This document shows positions 42,538 through 52,851 of a DNA stretch of 64,000 nt, piece after piece. The DNA is taken from the NCBI RefSeq assembly GCF_003019035.1, contig NZ_CP027447.1; one strand, 5' to 3'. The DNA comes from Escherichia coli. GTDB lineage: Bacteria; Pseudomonadota; Gammaproteobacteria; Enterobacterales; Enterobacteriaceae. Numbering within the stretch: the stretch's first letter is position 1; each line of letters opens with the position of its first letter. The notes below the pieces were generated by a model. It saw nothing but the letters and a program-made list of their open reading frames with translations. It ran no database searches and was not told where the DNA came from. A program made the translations under genes and the position numbers.

Positions 42538-42795
42538 ATGAAAACGATTTTCACCGTGGGAGCTGTTGTTCTGGCAACCTGCTTGCTCAGTGGCTGCGTC
42601 AATGAGCAAAAGGTCAATCAGCTGGCGAGCAATGTGCAAACATTAAATGCCAAAATCGCCCGGCTTGAGCAGGATATGAAAGCATTACGCCCACAAATCT
42701 ATGCTGCCAAATCCGACGCTAACAGAGCCAATACGCGTCTTGATGCCCAGGACTATTTCGATTGCCTGCGCTGCTTGCGTATGTACGCAGAATGA
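42538..42795 (+). CDS. yqhH: Lpp-like outer membrane lipoprotein
   Basis: 85-aa ORF with lipobox LLSGC and coiled-coil body. Confidence 0.85.
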   Translation: MKTIFTVGAVVLATCLLSGCVNEQKVNQLASNVQTLNAKIARLEQDMKALRPQIYAAKSDANRANTRLDAQDYFDCLRCLRMYAE

Positions 42796-42803
42796 TAAAA
42801 AAA

Positions 42804-42838
42804 TTCCCGGCAGCATTCTGTTACCGGGGATATTTTTT
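42804..42838 (+). terminator. stem-loop with T-tract downstream of yqhH
   Basis: ttcccggcagcattctgttaccgggga followed by tatttttt. Confidence 0.5.
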
Positions 42839-45056
42839 AACGTCCAACCGCCGCTTTAGGGCGTTTCTTCGCACCAGCATTCTGCAGGCGAGATTGCGTA
42901 GACGACGCTTTTTTTGCCGTAGCAGGCGTCTGACGCTGGGTCGCCATCGGCGTATGTTTAGTCAACGCCGGACGGGTATTGCGGTTCTGGCGACGAGCCT
43001 CACGCATCTCTTCAATGGTTGGCGCAGGCACTAAGCAATCGCGACGGCTGCCAATCAGATGCTTTTTGCCCATCGCTTCCAGCGCCTGGCGGATTAACGG
43101 CCAGTTTGCCGGATCGTGGTAACGCAACAACGCTTTATGCAGACGACGCTGTTTGTCGCCCTTCGGCACGAAGACGTCTTCACTCTTATAACCAATCTTC
43201 GCCAGCGGGTTTTTGCCGGTGTAATACATGGTGGTCGAGTTAGCCAGCGGCGACGGATAGAAGTTCTGCACCTGGTCGAGGCGGAAACGATGCTTTTTCA
43301 GCCACAGCGCCAGATTCACCATATCTTCATCACGCGTACCCGGGTGCGCGGAGATGAAATACGGGATCAGATACTGTTCTTTACCTGCCTGTTTCGAGTA
43401 AGTATCGAACAGCTCTTTAAAGCGGTCATAGCTGCCCATGCCCGGCTTCATCATCTTCGATAACGGCCCTTCTTCGGTATGTTCCGGGGCAATCTTCAGA
43501 TAACCGCCAACGTGATGGGTCGCCAGCTCTTTGATATAGCGCGGATCTTCCACGGCGATGTCATAACGTACGCCGGAAGCGATCAGGATCTTTTTAATGC
43601 CTTTCAGATCACGAGCGCGGCGATAGAGGTTGATCGTCGGTTCGTGGTTAGTGTCCATGTGCGGACAAATATCCGGATAAACGCACGACAAACGACGGCA
43701 GGTTTGCTCAGCGCGTGGCGATTTGCAGCGCAACATATACATGTTGGCAGTTGGCCCACCGAGATCGGAAATTACGCCTGTAAAACCTGGAACGGTGTCG
43801 CGGATCGCTTCGATCTCATTAATGATCGAATCTTCCGAACGGCTCTGAATAATGCGCCCTTCGTGCTCGGTAATAGAACAGAAAGAGCAGCCGCCAAAGC
43901 AGCCACGCATAATGTTGACCGAGAAACGAATCATTTCGTAAGCCGGAATTCGGGCATTACCGTAAGCCGGATGCGGCACGCGCTTGTACGGCAGCGCAAA
44001 GACGCTATCCATCTCTTCGGTAGAAAGCGGAATAGCAGGCGGGTTGATCCATACATAGCGGTCGCCATGTTTTTGCATCAATGCGCGGGCGCAGCCTGGG
44101 TTAGTTTCGTGGTGCAGAATGCGCGAAGCATGGGCGTACAGCACTTTATCGCCCTTCACTTTCTCGAAAGAAGGCAGCAACACGTAGGTTTTTTCCCACG
44201 GTTTCGGGCGTGGTGGCTGCACGGTTACAGCTTTGGCTTCCTGCTTTTTCGGAGCTACCGGTTTGTTATCCGCGCACGGCAAATCTTCGCCATACGGATG
44301 CGGGATTGGGTCGATTTTCCCTGGGGTATCAAGACGGGTGGAATCCACACCGCTCCAGCCTGGCAACGCCTCTTTTACGATAATCGCGGTATTACGCACA
44401 TCGCGGATTTCACTAATCGGCTCGCCCATCGCCAGACGGTGCGCCACTTCCACCAGCGGACGCTCACCGTTACCAAACATCAGCATGTCGGCTTTCGAAT
44501 CCACCAACACGGAACGGCGCACGGTATCGGACCAGTAATCATAATGCGCGGTACGGCGCAGGCTGGCCTCAATACCGCCGAGGATCACCGGCACATCTTT
44601 CCACGCCTCTTTACAACGTTGGGTATAAACCAGTGTGGCGCGATCCGGACGCTTACCCGCGACATTATCTGGCGTGTAGGCATCGTCATGACGTAAACGG
44701 CGATCGGCGGTATAGCGGTTGATCATCGAGTCCATGTTGCCAGCAGTAACGCCGAAAAACAGATTCGGTTTACCCAGACGCATGAAATCGTCTTTACTGC
44801 TCCAGTCTGGCTGAGCGATGATCCCAACGCGAAAGCCCTGCGCTTCCAGCATACGACCGCAAATCGCCATCCCGAAGCTTGGGTGATCGACATACGCGTC
44901 GCCAGTAACCAAAATGATGTCGCAGCTATCCCAGCCAAGTTGATCCATCTCTTCACGTGACATCGGCAAAAACGGTGCCGGTCCAAAACAGGCGGCCCAG
45001 TACTGCGGCCAGGAGAACAGGTCGCGATCCGGTTGGATCAGGGAGATAGAGCTCAT
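42837..45056 (-). CDS. ygiQ: radical SAM-superfamily protein (UPF0313)
   Basis: 739-aa ORF; radical-SAM cysteine motif CFGGCSFC. Confidence 0.9.
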   Translation of the reverse strand: MSSISLIQPDRDLFSWPQYWAACFGPAPFLPMSREEMDQLGWDSCDIILVTGDAYVDHPSFGMAICGRMLEAQGFRVGIIAQPDWSSKDDFMRLGKPNLFFGVTAGNMDSMINRYTADRRLRHDDAYTPDNVAGKRPDRATLVYTQRCKEAWKDVPVILGGIEASLRRTAHYDYWSDTVRRSVLVDSKADMLMFGNGERPLVEVAHRLAMGEPISEIRDVRNTAIIVKEALPGWSGVDSTRLDTPGKIDPIPHPYGEDLPCADNKPVAPKKQEAKAVTVQPPRPKPWEKTYVLLPSFEKVKGDKVLYAHASRILHHETNPGCARALMQKHGDRYVWINPPAIPLSTEEMDSVFALPYKRVPHPAYGNARIPAYEMIRFSVNIMRGCFGGCSFCSITEHEGRIIQSRSEDSIINEIEAIRDTVPGFTGVISDLGGPTANMYMLRCKSPRAEQTCRRLSCVYPDICPHMDTNHEPTINLYRRARDLKGIKKILIASGVRYDIAVEDPRYIKELATHHVGGYLKIAPEHTEEGPLSKMMKPGMGSYDRFKELFDTYSKQAGKEQYLIPYFISAHPGTRDEDMVNLALWLKKHRFRLDQVQNFYPSPLANSTTMYYTGKNPLAKIGYKSEDVFVPKGDKQRRLHKALLRYHDPANWPLIRQALEAMGKKHLIGSRRDCLVPAPTIEEMREARRQNRNTRPALTKHTPMATQRQTPATAKKASSTQSRLQNAGAKKRPKAAVGR

Positions 45057-45307
45057 TTTGCTTCCAGAAATGATAAAAAAATAATCAAAGGCCGGGGATT
45101 ATACGCTGTATCACGCGCGGAAATGAAGTGATGTTGATGAACGGTGGCGAAATACCCTGGTGAGGTTTTTCACTGCCCGACTTGGGCAAGCACATTTAAG
45201 GCTGGCGGTATCGTGGCAACTGCCGCTACTATTTATGCCGATCAGCAACGTTCAAATCATATTGCACGACGATCGGCTATCCGAGGACACCCACAGTAAG
45301 GCAAGGT

Positions 45308-46057
45308 ATGGAACAGGTTATTACAAAGCGCCGCTATTACGATATTGGTCTACAGATTGAAGAGCTGCTGTATTCAGGCGTATTTAAGGCCGGAGAACGC
45401 TTACCTTCAGAACGTGAACTGAGCGAGCGGTTTAATACCAGCCGAACTACCATTCGTGAAGCCATCATTATGCTGGAACTGAAAGGCGTATTGAATGTGA
45501 AGCAAGGGTCAGGGATTTTCTTTGTCGACTCCACCGATAAGCTCAACCAGAAATCATTAATGCCCTATTCAGAAATTGGCCCGTTTGAACTGTTGCAGGC
45601 GCGTCAGGTGATTGAGAGCAATATTACTGGTTTTGCAGCCAGCCAGATTAGCTTTAACGAGTTACAAGAGTTAAAGAAAATCATTAGCTTGCAGGAAAAC
45701 GCTATCGCTGCGGAAAGTGATAAATTTGAAGACCTGGATCACCGATTTCATAGCATTATTGCCGAAGCGACGCAAAATCGGGTACTCATCAAACAAGCCG
45801 CTGAATTATGGCGGGCAGTGCGCACAGAAAACCCCCGCTGGAAGAAACTTAACTACAAGTACCTGCATGAAAAGCATTTGCGTCTGCAATGGCTGGAAGA
45901 TCACCGGGCTATTTTCCTGGCTCTGCAACAGAAAGATTCAGAGCTCGCCAGGGAAGCGTCCTGGAGACATCTGGAAAACAGCAAAAATGAACTGATCAAA
46001 ATCTTCAAACAAGACGCTTCCATCAGCGATTTTGATGACTTTTTCTTCGCTCGTTAA
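45308..46057 (+). CDS. GntR/FadR-family transcriptional regulator
   Basis: 249-aa ORF; N-terminal winged HTH (ERLPSERELSERFNTSRTTIREA), FCD-type C-terminal domain. Confidence 0.8.
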   Translation: MEQVITKRRYYDIGLQIEELLYSGVFKAGERLPSERELSERFNTSRTTIREAIIMLELKGVLNVKQGSGIFFVDSTDKLNQKSLMPYSEIGPFELLQARQVIESNITGFAASQISFNELQELKKIISLQENAIAAESDKFEDLDHRFHSIIAEATQNRVLIKQAAELWRAVRTENPRWKKLNYKYLHEKHLRLQWLEDHRAIFLALQQKDSELAREASWRHLENSKNELIKIFKQDASISDFDDFFFAR

Positions 46058-46379
46058 CCTTCATTAGTCCAGAGCTGGCGTGAAAAATGACGCTGGCTCT
46101 GCGTTGCACCCTCCACTGGTATACGCTCTCTTCTCAATTGGTCTAATAAATCGATTATCATCAGATATCTTAGATTAGCGGCAATTATCCCAAAAACTGA
46201 CTTCTAAAAAACTTTCCTTTCATTTTATTCATATAACTCATTGATACAGATATAAATAACGCCTTGTTGTTCTGTTTCGTACTTTTACCTTTCTCTGCAA
46301 GCGTGATGCATCTCTCTGTTTTTGGTCTAGTGAATTATGTAAATTGGTATACACACAAGCCACCAGGAGTAAGAGCATA

Positions 46380-47852
46380 ATGTCAGGGAACGAAAGTATC
46401 GATGCCGCCCACTATGATCAGGTAACCACCTGGCCTCGGGGCGGGTTACAGGCAGATATTGTCCATATTGGTTTTGGCGCTTTTCATCGCGGACACCAGG
46501 CTGTCTACACGGATCTCACTAATCAACTTTCGGACACCCGCTGGGGGATCTTTGAGATCAACCTGTTTGGTGATGCTCAACTGATCGAAAACTTAAATGC
46601 GCAAAATGGGCTGTTTTCGGTTGTGGAAACATCTGCATCGCAATCTACCTCACGCCTTGTGCGTTCGGTGGCTGGCGGTATTCATACCCCCAGAGATGGC
46701 ATTGCCGCAGCAATCCATAAACTGGCTGAACCTCAGGTAAAAATCGTTTCATTAACCATCACCGAGAAAGGTTATTGCCTCGATCCGCAAACACGTTCAC
46801 TTGATCTCACCAATGGATTAATCCAACACGATCTACAAAACCCGGATGCGCCTCTGTCAGCTATTGGCGTGATCGTCTGTGCTTTGCAACAACGTAAAGC
46901 GACAGGACTCGCCGCTTTTAGTGTGCTCTCCTGTGACAACTTGCCAGACAATGGGCATCTGACGCGCAATGCCGTTCTCGGTTTTGCCCGACAACTGGAC
47001 CAGCCCCTGGCTCAGTGGATCGAAGAAAATGTCTCATTTCCAGGCACGATGGTAGATCGCATTGTTCCGGCAATGACTGAATCGCAATTCGCCTTACTGG
47101 AAACGAAAACCGGTTATGCCGATCCCTGCGGGATCGTCTGCGAATCATTTCGTCAGTGGGTGATCGAAGATAATTTTGTGCGCGGACGACCACAATGGGA
47201 TAAAGCCGGCGCGATGTTTGTCAGCAATGTTCAGCCTTATGAAGAGATGAAGTTACGCATGTTAAATGGTAGCCATTCATTTCTGGCTTATAACGGCTCG
47301 CTGGCAGGCTATGAGTTTATCTGGCAATGCATGGAAGACGCTAATTTTCGTTCCATTACCCACCAACTGATGATTAATGAACAAGCCCGAACACTTAATC
47401 CAGACTTAAATATCAACATCCAGGAATACGCCGACCTGTTAATTGAACGCTTTAGCAACCGTAACGTTGCACACCGTACCGGGCAAATAGCCATGGACGG
47501 TTCACAAAAGCTTCCCCAGCGTGCACTGACGCCCTGGCTGAAATTACATCAGCAAAAGCAAAACAATGCTGTTCTGTCACTGCTCGTTGCTGGTTGGTTG
47601 CATTATGTCATTGATGCTGTTGAGAAAAGCCAGTCTGTCGCTGATCCAATGAATGACCAATTTCAGGCGCTAATAAAGGAACAACAAGACGCATGGCAAC
47701 AGGCGCTCGCATTACTGCACCTTAGCGCCATATTTGGTGATTTAAGCAACCATCAGCCATTTATAAATGAAATAAAAATCGCCTTTGCGAATATAAAAAA
47801 CAAAGGCATCAAGGCCACCATCAGCCAATTATTATCGGATGAGCAGAAATGA
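46380..47852 (+). CDS. mannitol-dehydrogenase-family oxidoreductase (fructuronate/mannonate-reductase-like)
   Basis: Start moved from TTG at 46344 to ATG at 46380 preceded by aggag RBS (MSGNESIDAAHY); long-chain mannitol DH family features. Confidence 0.75.
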   Translation: MSGNESIDAAHYDQVTTWPRGGLQADIVHIGFGAFHRGHQAVYTDLTNQLSDTRWGIFEINLFGDAQLIENLNAQNGLFSVVETSASQSTSRLVRSVAGGIHTPRDGIAAAIHKLAEPQVKIVSLTITEKGYCLDPQTRSLDLTNGLIQHDLQNPDAPLSAIGVIVCALQQRKATGLAAFSVLSCDNLPDNGHLTRNAVLGFARQLDQPLAQWIEENVSFPGTMVDRIVPAMTESQFALLETKTGYADPCGIVCESFRQWVIEDNFVRGRPQWDKAGAMFVSNVQPYEEMKLRMLNGSHSFLAYNGSLAGYEFIWQCMEDANFRSITHQLMINEQARTLNPDLNINIQEYADLLIERFSNRNVAHRTGQIAMDGSQKLPQRALTPWLKLHQQKQNNAVLSLLVAGWLHYVIDAVEKSQSVADPMNDQFQALIKEQQDAWQQALALLHLSAIFGDLSNHQPFINEIKIAFANIKNKGIKATISQLLSDEQK

Positions 47853-48865
47853 AAACATTAATTTGTCAGCAGCCTGGCGTTATGGAATATGTGGAAAAGG
47901 ATATTCCCACACCAGCAGATAATGAAGTGCTGTTAAAAATCAAAGCTGTGGGTATTTGTGGTACTGATATTCACGCTTTTGCCGGCAGACAGCCTTTTTT
48001 TAGCTACCCACGTGTATTAGGTCATGAAATATGCGCCGAAGCGGTTTCGCGAGGCAGCCAGTGCCAAACAGCACAATCAGGCCAGCGCTATTCCGTCATC
48101 CCATGCATTCCGTGTGGCGAGTGCGCAGCCTGTCGGGAAGAGAAAACGAACTGCTGCGAACGTGTTTCGCTGTATGGCGTGCATCAGGATGGGGGTTTTA
48201 GTGAGTACCTTGCGGTACGTGAAGACAACCTTGTGCCTCTCCCTGACGAGGTCAGCGACAGTGCCGGAGCATTGGTTGAATGTTTCGCCATTGGTGCACA
48301 TGCCGTTCGTCGGGCAGAGATCAAGGCTGAACAAAACGTACTGGTGGTTGGCGCTGGGCCAATCGGTCTGGCTACCGCGGCCATCGCCAGGGCTAAAGGG
48401 GCGCATGTTGTTGTTGCTGATATTGATTGTCAACGTCGCCAGCACGTTGTGGATCATCTGGCAATTAATGTCTTCGACCCAACACAGGAAGGTTTTATTG
48501 CCGCGCTTAGTGAAGTATTTGGCGGCGAACTGGCTTGCGTAGTCCTGGATGCGACGGGAAATAAAGCTTCAATGAGTCATGATGTAAATCTTATTCGTCA
48601 TGGCGGCAAAATTGTTTTCATCGGTTTGTACATTGGTGAACTTGTTATTGACGATCCGACCTTCCATAAAAAAGAGACAACGTTACTCAGCAGCCGCAAT
48701 GCCACACGGGAAGATTTTGCGTTGGTGATTGAACTGATGCGCAGCAATAAAATTCACGAAAATTTAATGAAAAACCAGGCGTTCAATTTCTTTAGTGTTG
48801 GCGAAGATTACCAGCGTAACGTTGTAGAAAATAAAAATATGGTCAAGGGTGTGATCACTTTTTAA
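47849..48865 (+). CDS. Zn-dependent medium-chain alcohol/polyol dehydrogenase
   Basis: 338-aa ORF; catalytic GHE motif, structural-zinc Cys cluster CGECAACREEKTNCC, Rossmann GAGPIG; ATGA overlap with upstream gene. Confidence 0.8.
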   Translation: MKTLICQQPGVMEYVEKDIPTPADNEVLLKIKAVGICGTDIHAFAGRQPFFSYPRVLGHEICAEAVSRGSQCQTAQSGQRYSVIPCIPCGECAACREEKTNCCERVSLYGVHQDGGFSEYLAVREDNLVPLPDEVSDSAGALVECFAIGAHAVRRAEIKAEQNVLVVGAGPIGLATAAIARAKGAHVVVADIDCQRRQHVVDHLAINVFDPTQEGFIAALSEVFGGELACVVLDATGNKASMSHDVNLIRHGGKIVFIGLYIGELVIDDPTFHKKETTLLSSRNATREDFALVIELMRSNKIHENLMKNQAFNFFSVGEDYQRNVVENKNMVKGVITF

Positions 48866-48875
48866 GGGAACAAAT

Positions 48876-49886
48876 ATGACAACTGTTTATGTCAGTGAAG
48901 AAAATTTAAAATCACTGGTGCACCACAAATTACATACCGCCGGGCTGGATACCGACACCACACAACAGGTGACAGATGTTTTAGTACATGCCGATATTAC
49001 AGGTGTGCATTCACATGGTGTTATGCGTGTCGAACATTATTGCACCCGCCTTGCTGCCGGAGGGTTAAATAAAGCCCCGCAGTTTAGCATTGAGCAAATT
49101 TCACCGTCAGTGGCCATTCTCGACTCTGACGACGGAATGGGGCATTCCGCATTAATTAGCGCCACTGAGCACGCTATTAAACTGGCCCAGCAAGAGGGCC
49201 TCGGTTTTGTTAGCGTTAAAAACACGTCTCACTGTGGTGCGTTATCTTATTTTGCAGAGATGATCACCAACAAAGGGTTGGTTGCTATCGTAATGACGCA
49301 AACCGATACCTGTGTGGCTCCCCATGGCGGCGCCGAGCGCTTTTTGGGAACTAACCCCATCGCCTTTGGTTTCCCGGTGGAAAACAGCCATCCGATGATT
49401 GTTGATATGGCGACCAGTGCCACGGCTTTCGGCAAAATACTTCATGCAAAGGAAACCGGAAAACATATTGGTGAAGGGCTGGCGATAGATAAAAACGGTT
49501 ATGGCACCACTGATCCGTATAAGATTGAAAACCTGCTACCTTTCGGCCAACACAAAGGTTCAGGCATTGCACTGGCTATTGATGCACTGACTGGCGTGCT
49601 GATGAATGCGAATTTTGGCAACCATATTGTTCGCATGTATGGTGATTATGACAAGATGCGTAAGCTGGCAAGTTTGGTTATTGCCATCGATCCGAAAAAG
49701 CTCGGCAATCCTGTTTTTGCAAAAACCATGGCGCAAATGGTCACGGAGTTGCATGCCGTTAAACCGGCTCCCGGTATCGAAAAAGTGTTAGCGCCGAACG
49801 ATCCGCAAATGCACTACAAAGAAAAATGCCAACAGGAAGGTATTCCGGTTCCGGCAGGAATATTCCATTATCTGGCAGAGAATTAA
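48876..49886 (+). CDS. Ldh2-family (malate/L-lactate dehydrogenase 2-type) oxidoreductase
   Basis: 336-aa ORF with Ldh2-family features (HSHGVMRVEHY, GTNPIAFG). Confidence 0.75.
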   Translation: MTTVYVSEENLKSLVHHKLHTAGLDTDTTQQVTDVLVHADITGVHSHGVMRVEHYCTRLAAGGLNKAPQFSIEQISPSVAILDSDDGMGHSALISATEHAIKLAQQEGLGFVSVKNTSHCGALSYFAEMITNKGLVAIVMTQTDTCVAPHGGAERFLGTNPIAFGFPVENSHPMIVDMATSATAFGKILHAKETGKHIGEGLAIDKNGYGTTDPYKIENLLPFGQHKGSGIALAIDALTGVLMNANFGNHIVRMYGDYDKMRKLASLVIAIDPKKLGNPVFAKTMAQMVTELHAVKPAPGIEKVLAPNDPQMHYKEKCQQEGIPVPAGIFHYLAEN

Positions 49887-49958
49887 TCACTACTTTTTAT
49901 TATAACGATAGAAAAGCGCTGTATTTATCGTTTCTGTTATATTAACCAGGAGCAAGAT

Positions 49959-50942
49959 ATGAAAGCACTTCGTCCTCTGACGGCATCGCTTATGCTGTTA
50001 ACCAGTTGTTTTTTAGTTTCCAATACCACACTGGCAAAAACAACATTAAAACTCAGTCATAATCAGGATAAAAGCCATGCTGTCCATAAAGCATTAAGCT
50101 ATTTAGCGGATAAAACCAAAGAGTATTCTAATGGTGAATTAGTTATTCGCATTTACCCAAATGCGACATTAGGTAATGAGCGTGAATCACTGGAATTAAT
50201 GAACTCCGGTGCATTACAGATGGTTAAGGTTAATGCTGCATCACTAGAATCATTTGCCCCGGATTACAGCCTTTTCAGTCTGCCGTTCTTATTTCGCGAC
50301 CGTGATCACTATTATCGTGTTCTGCAAAGTGATTTAGGTAAAAAAATACTTAAGTCATCAGAAAGCAAAGGTTTTGTTGGTATTACGTACTATGACGGCG
50401 GTGCGAGAAGTTTTTATTCCAATAAACCGATTACAAAACCTGAAGATTTAGCGGGAATGAAAATCAGGGTTCAACAAAGCCCCAGCGCCATTGCAATGAT
50501 GAAAGCACTCGGTGGTGTCGCTACCCCGATGGCGCAAGGCGAACTCTACACCGCACTTCAGCAAGGTGTGGTTGATGGCGGAGAGAACAATACCGTTGTC
50601 TATTCCGATATGCGTCACGCCGAAGTCGCAAAAGTCTATTCACGTGATGAACACACCATGGTACCTGATGTGTTAATTATCAGCACCGACGTGTTGAATA
50701 AACTTGGTGATAAAGAGCGCACGGCATTATTAAAAGCAGCCGATGAGTCAATGATGCAGATGAAGGACGTCATCTGGCCTGCGGCTGAAAAAGAAGCCTA
50801 CGACAAAATGAAAGGGATGAACGCAACAGTTGTTGATGTTGATAAATCCGCTTTCAAAGAACGCGTCAAACCGTTATACGATGAATTCAAGGCGAAAGAT
50901 GCACAATCCGCCAAAAACCTTGAGCAAGTAGAAAGTATGTAA
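49959..50942 (+). CDS. TRAP transporter substrate-binding protein (DctP family)
   Basis: 327-aa ORF with signal peptide and DctP-type sequence. Confidence 0.8.
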   Translation: MKALRPLTASLMLLTSCFLVSNTTLAKTTLKLSHNQDKSHAVHKALSYLADKTKEYSNGELVIRIYPNATLGNERESLELMNSGALQMVKVNAASLESFAPDYSLFSLPFLFRDRDHYYRVLQSDLGKKILKSSESKGFVGITYYDGGARSFYSNKPITKPEDLAGMKIRVQQSPSAIAMMKALGGVATPMAQGELYTALQQGVVDGGENNTVVYSDMRHAEVAKVYSRDEHTMVPDVLIISTDVLNKLGDKERTALLKAADESMMQMKDVIWPAAEKEAYDKMKGMNATVVDVDKSAFKERVKPLYDEFKAKDAQSAKNLEQVESM

Positions 50943-50983
50943 CCCTAATGGGCAGGTAATTCCTGCCTTTTCATGGAAGACTT

Positions 50984-51466
50984 ATGCGAACACTCACTCA
51001 TATTCTTAATAAGATCCTTGCCGGATGTTGCCGCATTATTCTCGCCATTATGGTGTTCTGCGTAACCTGGCAAGTTATTGCACGTTTTATTTTTAACGCT
51101 CCCAGCACTGTGCTTGATGAGTTCACCCAGATTTTATTTATGTGGATGATTTTACTTGGTGGTGTATATACTGCGGGGTTAAAAAAACATCTGGCCATTG
51201 ATTTGTTGGCTCAAAAACTTCCGGCTGCATCTGTTCTGACGCTTGACTGTTTTATCCAAATTATTATTACGGTCTTTGCGGTTATTTTCATGATCTATGG
51301 CGGGAATATTGTTGTTGAAAAAGCACAACATGTTGGACAAATCTCTCCTGTATTAAAATGGCCGATGGATAAGGTTTATTGGGTTATGCCTGCCAGTGGG
51401 CTTATTCTGGTCTGGTATTCAGTGATGAATATCATCGACAACTATCGCAAATGGAATTCTCATTAA
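50984..51466 (+). CDS. TRAP transporter small permease (DctQ family)
   Basis: 160-aa ORF with four predicted TM helices. Confidence 0.75.
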   Translation: MRTLTHILNKILAGCCRIILAIMVFCVTWQVIARFIFNAPSTVLDEFTQILFMWMILLGGVYTAGLKKHLAIDLLAQKLPAASVLTLDCFIQIIITVFAVIFMIYGGNIVVEKAQHVGQISPVLKWPMDKVYWVMPASGLILVWYSVMNIIDNYRKWNSH

Positions 51467-51476
51467 CGAGGGAAGT

Positions 51477-52781
51477 ATGGACATTGAATATATCTACCCC
51501 GTCTTAATTTTATTTGGCAGTTTTGCCGTCATGCTGGCAATCGGTGTGCCAATTACTTTTGCGATTGGTCTTTCTTCGCTGTTATCTATTATTACTGCCT
51601 TACCACCCGATGCCGCCATTTCTGTGATTTCGCAAAAGATGACTGTGGGGCTGGATGGCTTTACGCTATTAGCCATTCCCTTCTTCGTGTTAGCCGGAAA
51701 CATTATGAATACCGGTGGTATAGCCAGACGACTGGTTAACCTGGCGCAAGCATTAGTTGGGCGTCTTCCTGGCTCACTGGCTCATTGTAATATCCTCGCG
51801 AATACACTGTTTGGTGCGATTTCAGGTTCAGCCGTTGCGTCAGCCGCAGCGGTAGGTGGGATTATGTCACCACTGCAAGAAAAAGAGGGCTATGATCCGG
51901 CGTTCTCTGCGGCGGTTAATATTGCCTCTGCCCCCATTGGCCTGATGATCCCACCGAGCAATGTGTTGATTGTTTATTCCCTCGCCAGTGGCGGGACTTC
52001 TGTCGCTGCGTTGTTCTTAGCTGGATATCTGCCGGGCATCCTCACCGCTGTTGCCTTAATGTTTGTAGCTGCACTTTATGCCCGACGTCACCATTACCCA
52101 GTGGCCGAACGCATCAATTACCGTCAGTTTTTACAGGTATTCCGCGAATCAATTCCTAGCCTGATGCTTATTTTTATCATTATTGGCGGTATTATCGCAG
52201 GGGTATTTACGCCCACAGAAGCATCAGCAATAGCGGTAATTTATAGTTTAGCCCTGGCGATGATTTACCGGGAAATCACCATCAAGAAACTCAATGACAT
52301 CCTGTTAGACTCCGTAGTAACCAGTTCAATTGTTCTGTTGCTGGTAGGCTGCTCGATGGGGATGTCATGGGCCATGACGAATGCTGATGTTCCTGAGTTG
52401 ATCAACGAACTGATTACCCGCGTTTCGGATAACAAATGGGTCATTCTATTTATTATTAATATCATTCTGTTGATCGTCGGTACCTTTATGGATATCACGC
52501 CGGCGATCCTGATATTTACACCTATTTTCCTGCCGATCGCCCAGCATCTGGGGATTGATCCGATTCACTTCGGCATCATTATGGTTTTCAACTTAACCAT
52601 TGGCCTTTGCACACCACCTGTCGGCACCATTCTGTTTGTGGGGTGCAGCATTGGTAAGGTCAGTATCGACAGGGCAATAAAACCATTACTGCCGATGTTT
52701 CTGGCATTGTTTGTAGTAATGGCAATTATTTGTTATTTCCCGCAGCTTAGTCTGATGCTGCCAGGATTATTTTCGACCTGA
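51477..52781 (+). CDS. TRAP transporter large permease (DctM family)
   Basis: 434-aa polytopic ORF. Confidence 0.8.
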   Translation: MDIEYIYPVLILFGSFAVMLAIGVPITFAIGLSSLLSIITALPPDAAISVISQKMTVGLDGFTLLAIPFFVLAGNIMNTGGIARRLVNLAQALVGRLPGSLAHCNILANTLFGAISGSAVASAAAVGGIMSPLQEKEGYDPAFSAAVNIASAPIGLMIPPSNVLIVYSLASGGTSVAALFLAGYLPGILTAVALMFVAALYARRHHYPVAERINYRQFLQVFRESIPSLMLIFIIIGGIIAGVFTPTEASAIAVIYSLALAMIYREITIKKLNDILLDSVVTSSIVLLLVGCSMGMSWAMTNADVPELINELITRVSDNKWVILFIINIILLIVGTFMDITPAILIFTPIFLPIAQHLGIDPIHFGIIMVFNLTIGLCTPPVGTILFVGCSIGKVSIDRAIKPLLPMFLALFVVMAIICYFPQLSLMLPGLFST

Positions 52782-52814
52782 TACACAATGAAGACTGCAT
52801 ACTGAGTAATTTTC

Positions 52815-52840
52815 AATGCCCCACCACTCTGTGGGGCATT
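52815..52840. terminator. stem-loop between convergent TRAP permease gene and ftsP
   Basis: aatgccccac / gtggggcatt 10-bp perfect stem with 6-nt loop. Confidence 0.5.
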
Positions 52841-52851
52841 GAATTGGTCCA

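Noticed and set aside
45057-52851. Mobile-element hallmarks (integrase, transposase, tRNA target, long direct repeats) flanking the TRAP island
   Set aside because: None found by inspection: both borders are short intergenic regions with ordinary stem-loops, so the island is called an accessory insertion without a claim about its mobilisation mechanism.
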